From: Desulfobacterales bacterium
Lineage (GTDB): Bacteria > Desulfobacterota > Desulfobacteria > Desulfobacterales > UBA2174
Assembly: GCA_963668645.2 (NCBI GenBank)
Contig: CAXXWC010000006.1
Coordinates: forward strand, 1 to 64,000
Length of the DNA stretch: 64,000 bases
Direction: 5' to 3'
This document shows, piece after piece, positions 40,524 to 50,011 of the stretch (positions within the stretch are counted from its first letter, which is position 1; every line of letters starts with the position of its first letter). The notes below the pieces were generated by a model, which was given only the letters and a program-made list of their open reading frames with translations, ran no database searches and was not told where the DNA came from. The position numbers and the translations under genes are program-made.

Positions 40524-42292
40524 AGCCGCGCCCCCTCGTCTGGCGGATCTTCCCTTCGTATCTGCTGGTCCTGGTCCTGGCCCTGGCGGCCGTGACCACC
40601 TTCGGCGCCTTGGCCATGCGCCGCTTCTATCTCGATCAGACCGCATCGGTTCTCGAAGCGCGGGCGCGTCTCGTTTATCAGCAACTCCAACCGCATCTGG
40701 TTTCCGGCGATGCGGCGGGCATCGACGCGCTTTGCAAGACCGCCGGCCGCCTGTCCGAGACCCGCATTACCGTCATGAACCGTTTCGGCAAGGTTCTGGG
40801 TGACAGCCAGAACCCGCCCGAGGCGATGGAATATCACCAGGATCGCCCCGAATTCATCACGGCCCACGACGGCCGGATCGGAAGGTCGGTGCGCTACAGC
40901 ACCACCTTGAACCAGACCCTGATGTACGTGGCCATCGCGACCCCCGAAGCGATCATCCGCACGGCCCTGCCCATCTCGGCCATCGATCAGGCTCTGGCCA
41001 CCCTGCGCTGGCGCATCGCATCGGGAGGGGCCCTCATCGCCCTGATCGCCGCAGGCATCAGCTGGTGGGTCTCCCGGCGCCTGACCCGGCCCATCCAGGA
41101 ACTGCAAGCCGGTGCCGAGCGCTTCGCCGGGGGCAACCTCGAACACCGGGTGCCGGTCTATGATACGGTGGAACTGGCCACCCTGGCCCAGGCCATGAAT
41201 ACCATGGCGGCCCAACTGGCCGAACGCATCGAGCAGGCCGTTCGCCAGCGGATGGAAATCGCCGCGATCCTCTCCAGCATGGACGAGGGCGTCGTGGCCC
41301 TGGACGCCGAAGAGCGCATCCTGCGGGTCAATCGGGCCGCCGCCGATTTTTTCGGCGGCAAGCCACCGGACGACTACGAGGGACGCACCATCCAGGAAGT
41401 GGTACGCAACAACGAGTTGCTGCGCCTCGTGGCGCGGGCCTATGCCAGTGACAGCCGCGCCGAGACCGACATCGCCCTCTTCGATCCCGAAGAAAGAATC
41501 CTCTATGCGCGCTGCACCCCTTTGCGCAACGCCCAGGACCAGCCCATCGGACTGCTGCTGGTCCTGGGCGATGTCACCCACCTGCGCCGGCTGGAAAACA
41601 TGCGCAGGGATTTTGCCGCCAACGTTTCCCACGAGATCAAAACCCCCCTGACCGCCATCAAGGGATTTGTCGAAACCCTCTACCACGGCCAGGTGGACAA
41701 TCCGGACGAGACGCGCCGTTTTCTGGGGATCATCGAGCGCCACGTTCAGCGTCTGGCCACCCTTATCGAGGACCTGATGAAACTGTCGCGTATCGAGCGG
41801 GATGCAGAAACCCGCGAGATGCCGATGCAGACAGAAGAGATCGCACCGGTGGTGGCCGGCGCGGTGGATCTGTGCCAGGAGGCCGCCGCCGCGCGCCGGA
41901 TCAGTATCGACTATACCCCGCCCGCCCAACCGCTGCGAGGACGGATCGCGGCGCCGCTGCTGGAGCAGGCCATCGTCAATCTGATCGACAACGCCGTCAA
42001 GTACTCCGAACCCGACGCCAAGGTGGCGGTGGAAGTGGCCATGGCCGGGGAAGACTGCCGGATCGCGGTCACCGACCATGGCCCGGGGATCCCGCGCCAG
42101 CACCTGGCACGCCTCTTCGAACGCTTCTACCGGGTGGACAAGGCCCGCAGCCGCAAGCTGGGCGGCACCGGACTTGGGCTGGCGATCGTTAAACACATCG
42201 CCCAGGCCCATGGCGGACAGGTGGCCGTGGAAAGCACCCCGGGCAGGGGAAGCACCTTTACCCTTACACTGCCGCTGGAAAAATCACGATGA
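40520..42292 (+). CDS. phoR: PhoR-like sensor histidine kinase (HAMP, PAS, HisKA, HATPase)
   Basis: DFAANVSHEIKTPLT, NLIDNAVKY, FERFYRVDKARSRKLGGTGLGLAIVKH. Confidence 0.85.
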   Translation: MKPRPLVWRIFPSYLLVLVLALAAVTTFGALAMRRFYLDQTASVLEARARLVYQQLQPHLVSGDAAGIDALCKTAGRLSETRITVMNRFGKVLGDSQNPPEAMEYHQDRPEFITAHDGRIGRSVRYSTTLNQTLMYVAIATPEAIIRTALPISAIDQALATLRWRIASGGALIALIAAGISWWVSRRLTRPIQELQAGAERFAGGNLEHRVPVYDTVELATLAQAMNTMAAQLAERIEQAVRQRMEIAAILSSMDEGVVALDAEERILRVNRAAADFFGGKPPDDYEGRTIQEVVRNNELLRLVARAYASDSRAETDIALFDPEERILYARCTPLRNAQDQPIGLLLVLGDVTHLRRLENMRRDFAANVSHEIKTPLTAIKGFVETLYHGQVDNPDETRRFLGIIERHVQRLATLIEDLMKLSRIERDAETREMPMQTEEIAPVVAGAVDLCQEAAAARRISIDYTPPAQPLRGRIAAPLLEQAIVNLIDNAVKYSEPDAKVAVEVAMAGEDCRIAVTDHGPGIPRQHLARLFERFYRVDKARSRKLGGTGLGLAIVKHIAQAHGGQVAVESTPGRGSTFTLTLPLEKSR

Positions 42293-42792
42293 AACTGATC
42301 CTTTTGATGGCCGTGACCGCCGACGGCAAGATCGCCCGCAGCTCCGATCACTTCCCCGACTGGACCGGCCCGGCCGACAAGCGCTTCTTTGCCTGCCGCA
42401 GCCGCGAGGCCGGGGTGGTGATCATGGGCTCGAAAACCTTCGATACCCTGGCCAAGCCGCTGCCCGGACGCCGCAACATCGTGCTGAGCCGTGACCCGGC
42501 CCGGGTGAGCAGGCCGCCGCAGCTCGTCTTCACGTCCCGGCCCCCCGGCGAGATCCTGGCCGGACTGGCCACCGAAGGATTCAGCGAGGCGATTCTGGCC
42601 GGCGGGTCGCGCATCAACACCCTCTTTGCCGCCCGGGGCCTCATCGACGAGGTGATCCTGACCGTTTCCCCCCTGCTTTTCGGCCAGGGCATTTCACTCT
42701 TTAGCACCGGGCTGGACCTGCACCTCGAACTGCTCGACCTCCAGCGACTTGACGAACATCTGGTTTTGTTGCACTACCGGGTCACTTCTTGA
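42289..42792 (+). CDS. Dihydrofolate reductase-family protein
   Basis: MAVTADGKIA, VIMGSKTF, PLPGRRNIVLS, LAGGSRIN, GQGISLF. Confidence 0.85.
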   Translation: MKLILLMAVTADGKIARSSDHFPDWTGPADKRFFACRSREAGVVIMGSKTFDTLAKPLPGRRNIVLSRDPARVSRPPQLVFTSRPPGEILAGLATEGFSEAILAGGSRINTLFAARGLIDEVILTVSPLLFGQGISLFSTGLDLHLELLDLQRLDEHLVLLHYRVTS

Positions 42793-42817
42793 AACCTGAG
42801 GCGTATCGGAGGCCGCC

Positions 42818-43432
42818 ATGCCTTTCTGGCTCCAGCTTGTGCTCTTGCCCATCGGGGCCTATCTGCTCGCATCGATCCCCTTCGGCCTTGTGCTGACGGC
42901 CTGTTTCGCCCGCACCGATGTACGCCGCCACGGCAGCGGCAACATCGGCGCCACCAACGTGCGGCGGGTGGCCGGAAACCGGATCGCGGCCGCAACCCTC
43001 TTGGCCGACGTGGCCAAGGGCGCGATTCCCGTTCTGGCCGCCTCGGCGATTTTCGACCCTGCCTCAGGCTTGGGTGCCGGCTACGCCGGGATGGTCGCCC
43101 TGGCCGCCCTGGCCGGCCATCTTTTTCCGCTCTATCTGGGATTTCGCACCGGCGGCAAGGGAGTGGCCACCGCCATCGGCGCTTTTCTTTTCCTGGCGCC
43201 GGCCGCCATGGGCCTCGCCCTGCTGGTCTTTTTGCTGCTTTTCTGCATCAGCGACCGGGTCTCGGTGGGTTCCCTGGGAGCCTTTCTCATCCTACCGGCC
43301 TTGATTCACCTGACCGGCAAGCCGCCGGCCCTCACTGCCTGGAGCCTGGCGGCCGCGGCCGTTATCCTGTGGGCCCACCGGGCCAATCTGGAGCGATTGT
43401 GGCGCGGCGCGGAGCCGCGAAGCGGAATTTAA
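42818..43432 (+). CDS. plsY: Glycerol-3-phosphate acyltransferase
   Basis: YLLASIPFG, HGSGNIGATNVRR, DVAKG, GHLFP, GGKGVAT, HRANL. Confidence 0.95.
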   Translation: MPFWLQLVLLPIGAYLLASIPFGLVLTACFARTDVRRHGSGNIGATNVRRVAGNRIAAATLLADVAKGAIPVLAASAIFDPASGLGAGYAGMVALAALAGHLFPLYLGFRTGGKGVATAIGAFLFLAPAAMGLALLVFLLLFCISDRVSVGSLGAFLILPALIHLTGKPPALTAWSLAAAAVILWAHRANLERLWRGAEPRSGI

Positions 43433-43437
43433 CCGGA

Positions 43438-44253
43438 TCAACCCAGGGCCACATCCAGAATCATCATCACCGAAAAACCGGCCATGGTCGCCATGGTGAC
43501 AAAATCGATATTGGCTTCGCGCCGCTGGGATTCGGGAATCAATTCCTCCACCACCACGAAAATCATCGCGCCGGCGGCAAAACAGAGGGCATAGGGCAGG
43601 ATGTTTTGCATGTAGACGACGAAGGCCGCACCGAAAACCCCGGCAATCGGTTCAACCAGGCCGGATGCCTGGCCCATCAGAAAGCTTTTGGTCCGATCCA
43701 TCCCCTCGCGTCTCAACGGCAGGGATACGGCGGCGCCCTCCGGAAAGTTCTGGATGCCGATGCCGATGGCCAGGGCGATGGCGCCGCCGAGCGAGGCAGA
43801 AGAAAGATTGGCGGCCGCGGCCCCGAAAGCGACCCCCACGGCAAGGCCTTCGGGGATGTTGTGAAGGGTGATGGCCAGCACCAGCAACGTGCTGCGCTGC
43901 CATGAGGTCTTTATCCCCTCACTTTGGTCCATATCCAGGCCGAAATGCAGATGCGGCAGAAATCGGTCCGTCAGCCTCATGAAGATTCCGCCACCCATGA
44001 ATCCGATCAGCGCCGTCAACCAGGGCCTGTGACCGAGCTGTTCGGCCATTTCCAGGCCCGGCGCCAGCAGGGACCAGAAGCTGGCCGCGATCATGACGCC
44101 GGCGGCAAAACCGAGCATGGCGTCCAGCAGCTTGGGCTTTACCGTCCTGGTGAGAAAGACGAGCGCGGCGCCTGCCGCTGTCAGGCCCCATGTAAAGAGG
44201 GTAGCGATCAGCGCCTGCATGATCGGACTGAATTGCTGGATGAAATCACTCAT
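43438..44253 (-). CDS. ZIP-family divalent metal transporter (ZupT/GufA-like)
   Basis: GFAAGVMIAASFWSLL, LHNIPEGLAVG, IQNFPEG, FAAGAMIFVVVEELIPE. Confidence 0.92.
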   Translation of the reverse strand: MSDFIQQFSPIMQALIATLFTWGLTAAGAALVFLTRTVKPKLLDAMLGFAAGVMIAASFWSLLAPGLEMAEQLGHRPWLTALIGFMGGGIFMRLTDRFLPHLHFGLDMDQSEGIKTSWQRSTLLVLAITLHNIPEGLAVGVAFGAAAANLSSASLGGAIALAIGIGIQNFPEGAAVSLPLRREGMDRTKSFLMGQASGLVEPIAGVFGAAFVVYMQNILPYALCFAAGAMIFVVVEELIPESQRREANIDFVTMATMAGFSVMMILDVALG

Positions 44254-44459
44254 ATCCTGCCCCCCTGCAAACCCTTGTTTCAGGTTGCAGCGCAAGCACC
44301 GTGCGGAGCGAACACTTATCTTGCGCCGCTGGCCATTCGCACAACCTGAAAGCCATTCGTGTTCAAGTTTCTTAAAAATAGAGTACGTTGTTGATTTTAT
44401 CAATTTATTTGCCGTAGAGTAAAAATGTCTGGAGACTGGACAATTTTCGGCGGAACGAT

Positions 44460-46559
44460 ATGCGCTACGAGGAACTGGTCGAGGCGGCCTGGCCCGTAGT
44501 GGGCCAAGAAACCGGGCTGGCCGCAGCCGCGGCAATGCTCGGCGCGGCACACTGCGGCGGGCTGATCGTGACCGACGGCGGGGGGGCGCCGGCCGGGATT
44601 CTGACCGCCCGGGAAATCAGCGCCGCCATCGGCACCGGGGCCGCACCGACCGACCCGGTGGCCGGTCATACCTGCACCGACTTTACGATGGTCGAGGCCC
44701 ACGCCACGGCGGATCTGGCGGCCGGGGATAGCGCCTATCGCGTGGTGCAAAAGGCCGGCATCCTTATCGGCGCCATCGACATCCAACGCCAGACGGCCGG
44801 GCTGCGGGCCGAACACATCACCTTGCTGCGGCGTCTGAGCCTTTTCCTGGACGCCATCTACAACCCGATTATCGCCATCGATACCGGCGGCAAGATCATC
44901 TTCTGCAACAGAGCCATGGCCGCCATCGCCGGCGGTGCATCCGACGATCTGGTCGGACGCCGCATCGACGATATCTTCCTCGACTCCCAGCTGACGCGCA
45001 TCATCCAGACGGGCCGGATCGAATCGGCCCGTAAGGTGCGCCGCGGCGAGCGGGTCTATATGACCAACCGCACGCCCATCCGGGTGGGAAAGCAGATCAT
45101 CGGCGCCGTGGCGGTGCTCCAGGACATCTCGGAACTCGAAAGCATCTCCAGCGAGTTGTCCCACACCCAAAAGATCACCCAGGAACTGGACGCCATCATC
45201 GAATCGTCGGCCGACGGCATCTATGTCACCGACGGCGAAGGGTGCACCATCCGGGTCAACCGCGCTTACGAACGGATCACCGGCATCGACCGCACCCAGG
45301 TGCTCGGCCTTACCATGGGCCAGCTCGTCGACGCCGGGTTTTACAACGAGTCGGTCACGCTGCGGGTCCTGGAAAGCCGCCGGGCCGAGACCCTGATCCA
45401 GAAAGTCAAGACCGGCAAGACCGTCATGGTGACCGGCACCCCGTTTTTCGACGCCGACGGCGATATCACCCTGGTGGTGACCAACGTGCGCGACGTGACC
45501 GAGCTGTACCGGCTGCAGCAGGAAATCGAGCGCATGGAAGTGCTCCACAGCCGCTACGAGACCGAACTGGGCAAGCTGCGCGGCGCGGTCTACGCATCGC
45601 AGAGGGTGGTGATCCGCTCAAGGCAGATGCACGCGCTGCACGAACTGGCACTGCGCCTGGCGCGGGTGGACGCCACGATCCTGATCTCGGGCGAATCGGG
45701 CACGGGCAAGGAAATCTTTGTCGACCTGGTGCATACCAACAGCCCCAGGGCTGCCAAGCCGCTGGTAAAGATCTGCTGCGCGGCCATCCCGGAAAACCTG
45801 CTCGAGTCCGAGCTGTTCGGATATGCGGCCGGGGCCTTCACCGGTGCCAGCGCCAAGGGCAAGGCCGGATACCTGGAAACGGCCCAGGGCGGAACCGTGC
45901 TTCTCGACGAAGTGGGCGAGATGCCCCTGGGCATCCAGGCCAAGCTGCTGCGGGTGCTGCAGGAAAAAATAGTGGTCCGCCTGGGCAGCGGGGAGCCGAT
46001 TCCGGTGGATGTCCGCATCGTGGCCGCCACCAACCGGGATCTGGCCGGAATGGTCCGAAAAGGGCAGTTCCGCCGGGATCTTTTCTTCCGCCTCAACGTC
46101 GTACCGGTGGTGATCCCCCCTTTGCGCGAACGCAAGGAGGCGATTATCGACCTGACCCGCCATTTCCTGGACAAATACAACCGCAAGTACGGTTTCCACC
46201 GCCAACTGGATCCGGCGGTCATGGGGGCCTTGCACGAGTACAACTGGCCGGGGAACGTGCGCGAGCTGGAAAACGTGCTGGAACGGCTGGTGGTCACCGC
46301 CCGCACGGACACCGTGACCATCGAGGACCTTTCGGTGGATATTCGCACCGCTATGGGGCAGGCCTGCGACCGCGAAAGCAGCTGGAGCGGAAAGCCCCTC
46401 AAGACAGCGTTATCTGAAGTCGAACAGGAGATCCTGCGCCAGGCCCTGACCCGTCACGGCAGCACCCACCGGGCCGCCCGCGCCCTGGGGGTCAACCAGT
46501 CCACCGTGGTGCGCAAGCTGCGGCGCTATGGACTGGAAGCCGGAGAACTCCCACAGTGA
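44460..46559 (+). CDS. Sigma-54-dependent activator with two PAS domains
   Basis: Two PAS domains, GESGTGKE, ESELFGYAAGAFTGA, WPGNVRELEN, HTH LGVNQSTVVRK. Confidence 0.93.
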   Translation: MRYEELVEAAWPVVGQETGLAAAAAMLGAAHCGGLIVTDGGGAPAGILTAREISAAIGTGAAPTDPVAGHTCTDFTMVEAHATADLAAGDSAYRVVQKAGILIGAIDIQRQTAGLRAEHITLLRRLSLFLDAIYNPIIAIDTGGKIIFCNRAMAAIAGGASDDLVGRRIDDIFLDSQLTRIIQTGRIESARKVRRGERVYMTNRTPIRVGKQIIGAVAVLQDISELESISSELSHTQKITQELDAIIESSADGIYVTDGEGCTIRVNRAYERITGIDRTQVLGLTMGQLVDAGFYNESVTLRVLESRRAETLIQKVKTGKTVMVTGTPFFDADGDITLVVTNVRDVTELYRLQQEIERMEVLHSRYETELGKLRGAVYASQRVVIRSRQMHALHELALRLARVDATILISGESGTGKEIFVDLVHTNSPRAAKPLVKICCAAIPENLLESELFGYAAGAFTGASAKGKAGYLETAQGGTVLLDEVGEMPLGIQAKLLRVLQEKIVVRLGSGEPIPVDVRIVAATNRDLAGMVRKGQFRRDLFFRLNVVPVVIPPLRERKEAIIDLTRHFLDKYNRKYGFHRQLDPAVMGALHEYNWPGNVRELENVLERLVVTARTDTVTIEDLSVDIRTAMGQACDRESSWSGKPLKTALSEVEQEILRQALTRHGSTHRAARALGVNQSTVVRKLRRYGLEAGELPQ

Positions 46560-46567
46560 CCCCCGCA

Positions 46568-46597
46568 ATGCACGAACGCATCAATGCGTTGGTGCAT
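46568..46597. promoter_or_regulatory. Candidate enhancer (UAS): tandem ATGC-N6-GCAT palindromes
   Basis: ATGCACGAACGCAT-CA-ATGCGTTGGTGCAT, followed by an AT-rich tract. Confidence 0.6.
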
Positions 46598-46835
46598 CGG
46601 CCTAGTTTACTTCACGATATAACAAATAGATACCCTTGTTGTTAGTTAGACTTGATGCCCGGGAGCATCACTTCCCGCCCTGATCCACCGCCTCGCCCCT
46701 GCGGTCCCTTCGCCCGTTTTGACCCCGCCGGTTTTTTTATGTGCCTGCATTTCATTCTTTTCCCTTGCTTTACAACCGGTTGCTCGATTCCAAGCCGCCG
46801 CCCGCGCCGCGTTGCCGCCGTGGCAGCCGGCAGTT

Positions 46836-46851
46836 TGGCATTGGCCTTGCT
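46836..46851 (+). promoter_or_regulatory. Sigma-54 -24/-12 promoter for the abfD operon
   Basis: TGGCAT-TGGCC-TTGCT. Confidence 0.8.
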
Positions 46852-46941
46852 TTTTAAAAACGTTCAACAGGATCGGCCGGACCTGAGAGACTTCGAACCG
46901 CAAGCGGAACGCCAACAAAGCTTTCATAGGAGATCTTTGCC

Positions 46942-48396
46942 ATGACCATGATGAACGGCCAGCAATACGAGGAGAGCCTGCGTAAGCTGAATCTCAAGGT
47001 TTTCATGTTCGGCAAGCGCGTGGAAAACGTGGTGGACGACCCGATCATCCGCCCGTCGATGAACGCCGTTAAACTGACCTACGAACTGGCACACCGGCCC
47101 GAACACGAGGATCTGATGGTGGCGACCTCGCATATTTCCGGGCAGCGCATCAACCGTTTCACTCACATTCACCAGTCCGTTGCCGACCTGGTCAGGAAAA
47201 GCAAGATGGGCCGGCTGCTCGGATCGCTGACCGGCTGTTGCTTCCAGCGTTGCGTGGGCATGGATGCGCTAAACGCCCTTTCCATCGTCACCTACGACAT
47301 GGACCAGAAGTACGGCAGTTCCTACTATAAGCGCTTCCTTAATTATCTGGCCTATGTACAGGAGCACGACCTGACCTGCGACGGCGCCATGACCGATCCC
47401 AAGGGCGACCGTTCCCTGCCGCCGAACCAGCAGGCCGATCCGGATCTGTTTGTGCACATCGTCGAAGAGCGCAAGGAAGGGATTGTCGTGCGCGGTGCCA
47501 AGGCCCACCAGACCGGCGCGGTCAACTCCCACGAAATCATCGTCATGCCGACCATCGCCATGCGCGCGGGCGACGAGGACTTTGCCGTGAGCTTCGCCCT
47601 GCCGGCCGACGCCGAGGGGATCACCTACATCATGGGCCGCCAGTCCTGCGATACCCGCAAGACCGAAGCGGGCAACATCGATCGGGGCAACATCCTTTAC
47701 GGCGGGCACGAGGCCCTGGTGGTCTTCGACGACGTCTTCGTGCCCTGGGAGCGCGTCTTCATGTGCCGCGAGATCGATTTTGCAGGCCGGCTGGTGGAGC
47801 AGTTCGCTTCCTACCACCGGCAAAGCTACGCCTGCAAGGTGGGGGTGGGCGACGTGCTCATCGGTGCGGCCCAATGCATGGCAGATTACAACGGGGCACA
47901 GAAAGCCTCCCACGTCAAGGACAAGATCATCGAGATGAACCATCTCAACGAGACCCTCTACTGCGGGTGCATCGCCTGCGCCTCCGAGGGGCACGCCGAA
48001 CCGTCGGGAACCTACGCCGTCGACACCCTGCTGGCCAACGTGCACAAGCAGAACGTCACCCGTTTTCCCTACCAGATCGCCCGCATCGCCCAGGACATCG
48101 CCGGCGGTTTGATGGTGACGCTCCCCTCGGAGGCCGACTTCCGTTCGCCCGAGGTCGGCCCCTATATGGAAAAGTATTACCGCGGCGTGGCCGCCGTGCC
48201 CACCGAGCACCGCATGCGCATGCTGCGTCTGGTGGAAAACCTGACGCTGGGCACCGCCGCGGTGGGCTACCTCACCGAGTCGATGCACGGAGCCGGCTCG
48301 CCCCAGGCCCAGCGCATCATGATCGCCCGCCAGGTGAACATGGCCGCAAAGATCAAAACCGCCAAGAACCTCTGCGGCATCGTCGAGGACGAATGA
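46942..48396 (+). CDS. abfD: 4-hydroxybutyryl-CoA dehydratase-like FAD/Fe-S protein (AbfD/HpaB family)
   Basis: INRFTHIH, CFQRCVGMD, GAMTDPKGDRS, VRGAKAHQTG, YHRQSYACK, ESMHGAGSPQAQ. Confidence 0.88.
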   Translation: MTMMNGQQYEESLRKLNLKVFMFGKRVENVVDDPIIRPSMNAVKLTYELAHRPEHEDLMVATSHISGQRINRFTHIHQSVADLVRKSKMGRLLGSLTGCCFQRCVGMDALNALSIVTYDMDQKYGSSYYKRFLNYLAYVQEHDLTCDGAMTDPKGDRSLPPNQQADPDLFVHIVEERKEGIVVRGAKAHQTGAVNSHEIIVMPTIAMRAGDEDFAVSFALPADAEGITYIMGRQSCDTRKTEAGNIDRGNILYGGHEALVVFDDVFVPWERVFMCREIDFAGRLVEQFASYHRQSYACKVGVGDVLIGAAQCMADYNGAQKASHVKDKIIEMNHLNETLYCGCIACASEGHAEPSGTYAVDTLLANVHKQNVTRFPYQIARIAQDIAGGLMVTLPSEADFRSPEVGPYMEKYYRGVAAVPTEHRMRMLRLVENLTLGTAAVGYLTESMHGAGSPQAQRIMIARQVNMAAKIKTAKNLCGIVEDE

Positions 48397-48653
48397 CGCC
48401 GCGCCGGCTGGGACTGAAATACTGCGGCGGCTGCCAACCGCGTTACGACCGCACGGCCGCCGTGGCACGACTGGCCCGGCGCCTGGCCGGACGGATCGTC
48501 CTGGTTGCCTGGGACGATCCGCTGGCCGAATCGGTTCTGGTGGTCTGCGGCTGCGACGTGTCCTGCGCTGATGTGGCGGCCATCGACAAGCCCCTGGTGT
48601 GGGTTTCCAGCGCCGCGCAGGCCGACGCAATCACATGGAAGGAGATGCCATGA
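48393..48653 (+). CDS. Small Cys-rich hypothetical protein (YCGGC...VCGC)
   Basis: MTPRRLGLKYCGGCQPRYDR...VVCGCDVSCA; ATGA overlaps with both neighbours. Confidence 0.8.
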   Translation: MTPRRLGLKYCGGCQPRYDRTAAVARLARRLAGRIVLVAWDDPLAESVLVVCGCDVSCADVAAIDKPLVWVSSAAQADAITWKEMP

Positions 48654-49951
48654 GCTGGAAGCAAATCTACAAAAGCCGACTCACCTCCGCACGCGAGGCC
48701 GTGGCGCAGATCCGCTCCGGCGATCGGGTGGTGGTGGGGCATGCCTGCGGTTCGCCCGAGACGCTGCTCAAAGCGATGACGAAAAACCGCATGGCCTATG
48801 AAAAGGTTGAACTGGTCCACATGGTCTCCATGGGACCGAGCGAATACTGCCTGCCGGAAAACGGGCGCCATTTCGTCCACAACTCCCTTTTTGCCGGGGC
48901 CACCAGCCGGGCGGCCATCGACGAAGGGCGCGCCGAGTTCACCCCCTGCCACTTTTCCCAGATTCCCCTGCTTTTCAAGGAAGATATCCTTCCGGTGGAC
49001 GTCTGTTTGTGCATGCTCTCGCCTCCGGACGAGCACGGTTTTTGTTCTTTCGGCATTTCGGTGGACTATACCAAACCGGCCGCCGAGTGCGCCAAGACGG
49101 TCATCGCCCAGGTCACGCCCCACATGCCCCGCACCCTGGGCGACGCATTCATCCACGTGTCGCGCATCCACCACATCGTCGAGTGCGACGACAAACCCAT
49201 CGTCCTCAATCCGCCGAAAATCGGCGCCGTAGACGAGGCCATCGGCAGCCACTGCGCCGAACTGATCCGTGACGGCGACGTGCTACAGCTCGGCATCGGC
49301 GCGCTGCCCGACGCCATCCTCGGCTTTCTTAAAAACAAGCGCGACCTGGGGGTCCACACCGAGATGTTCTCCGACGGGGTCGTCGACTTGGTCGAAGCGG
49401 GTGTGGTCACCGGGGCGCGCAAAAACTTCCACCCCGGACGCATGGTGGCCACTTTTTTTATGGGCACCGAAAAACTTTACAGCTTCGTACACAACAACCC
49501 GTTGGTAGAAATGCATACGGTGGACTACACCAACGACCCGTACATCGTCGGCCGCAACGACAACATGGTTTCGATCAACTCGGCCCTGCAGGTCGATTTC
49601 AGCGGCCAGGTGGTCGCGGACACCATCGGGCTGCGCCAGTATTCCGGCAGCGGGGGCCAGGTCGACTTCGTGCGCGGTGCGGCTTTTTCCAAGGGGGGCC
49701 GCTCGATCCTCGCCTTCCAATCCACCGCAGCCAAAGGAAAGCTGTCGCGCATCCTGCCCGTGACCGACGCCGGGTCCTGCGTGACGACCCTGCGCACCGA
49801 TGCCGACTACATCGTCACCGAATACGGGGTGGCCCGGATGCGGGGTAAAACCGTGTCCCAGCGGGCCAGTGCCCTGATTGAAATCGCTCATCCGGATTTC
49901 CGTGAAGACCTGAAAAGCGCGTACCGCAAACGTTTCGGACGGGAGTTCTAA
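48650..49951 (+). CDS. 4-hydroxybutyrate CoA-transferase / acetyl-CoA hydrolase family
   Basis: SPPDEHGFCSFG, LQLGIGALP, DLGVHTEMFSDG, SGSGGQVDFVRGA, IVTEYG, IAHPDFRE. Confidence 0.9.
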   Translation: MSWKQIYKSRLTSAREAVAQIRSGDRVVVGHACGSPETLLKAMTKNRMAYEKVELVHMVSMGPSEYCLPENGRHFVHNSLFAGATSRAAIDEGRAEFTPCHFSQIPLLFKEDILPVDVCLCMLSPPDEHGFCSFGISVDYTKPAAECAKTVIAQVTPHMPRTLGDAFIHVSRIHHIVECDDKPIVLNPPKIGAVDEAIGSHCAELIRDGDVLQLGIGALPDAILGFLKNKRDLGVHTEMFSDGVVDLVEAGVVTGARKNFHPGRMVATFFMGTEKLYSFVHNNPLVEMHTVDYTNDPYIVGRNDNMVSINSALQVDFSGQVVADTIGLRQYSGSGGQVDFVRGAAFSKGGRSILAFQSTAAKGKLSRILPVTDAGSCVTTLRTDADYIVTEYGVARMRGKTVSQRASALIEIAHPDFREDLKSAYRKRFGREF

Positions 49952-50011
49952 CTGCCGGTAACCGGGCGGCCTCAACGGCCGTCCCACGACTACCAGAAAA
50001 GGAGTCCCTTT

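Noticed and set aside
44266..44289. Possible Zur/Fur-type palindrome upstream of the ZIP transporter (TGCAAACCCTTGTTTCA)
   Set aside because: Imperfect, and the spacing is not a convincing match to a motif I can vouch for
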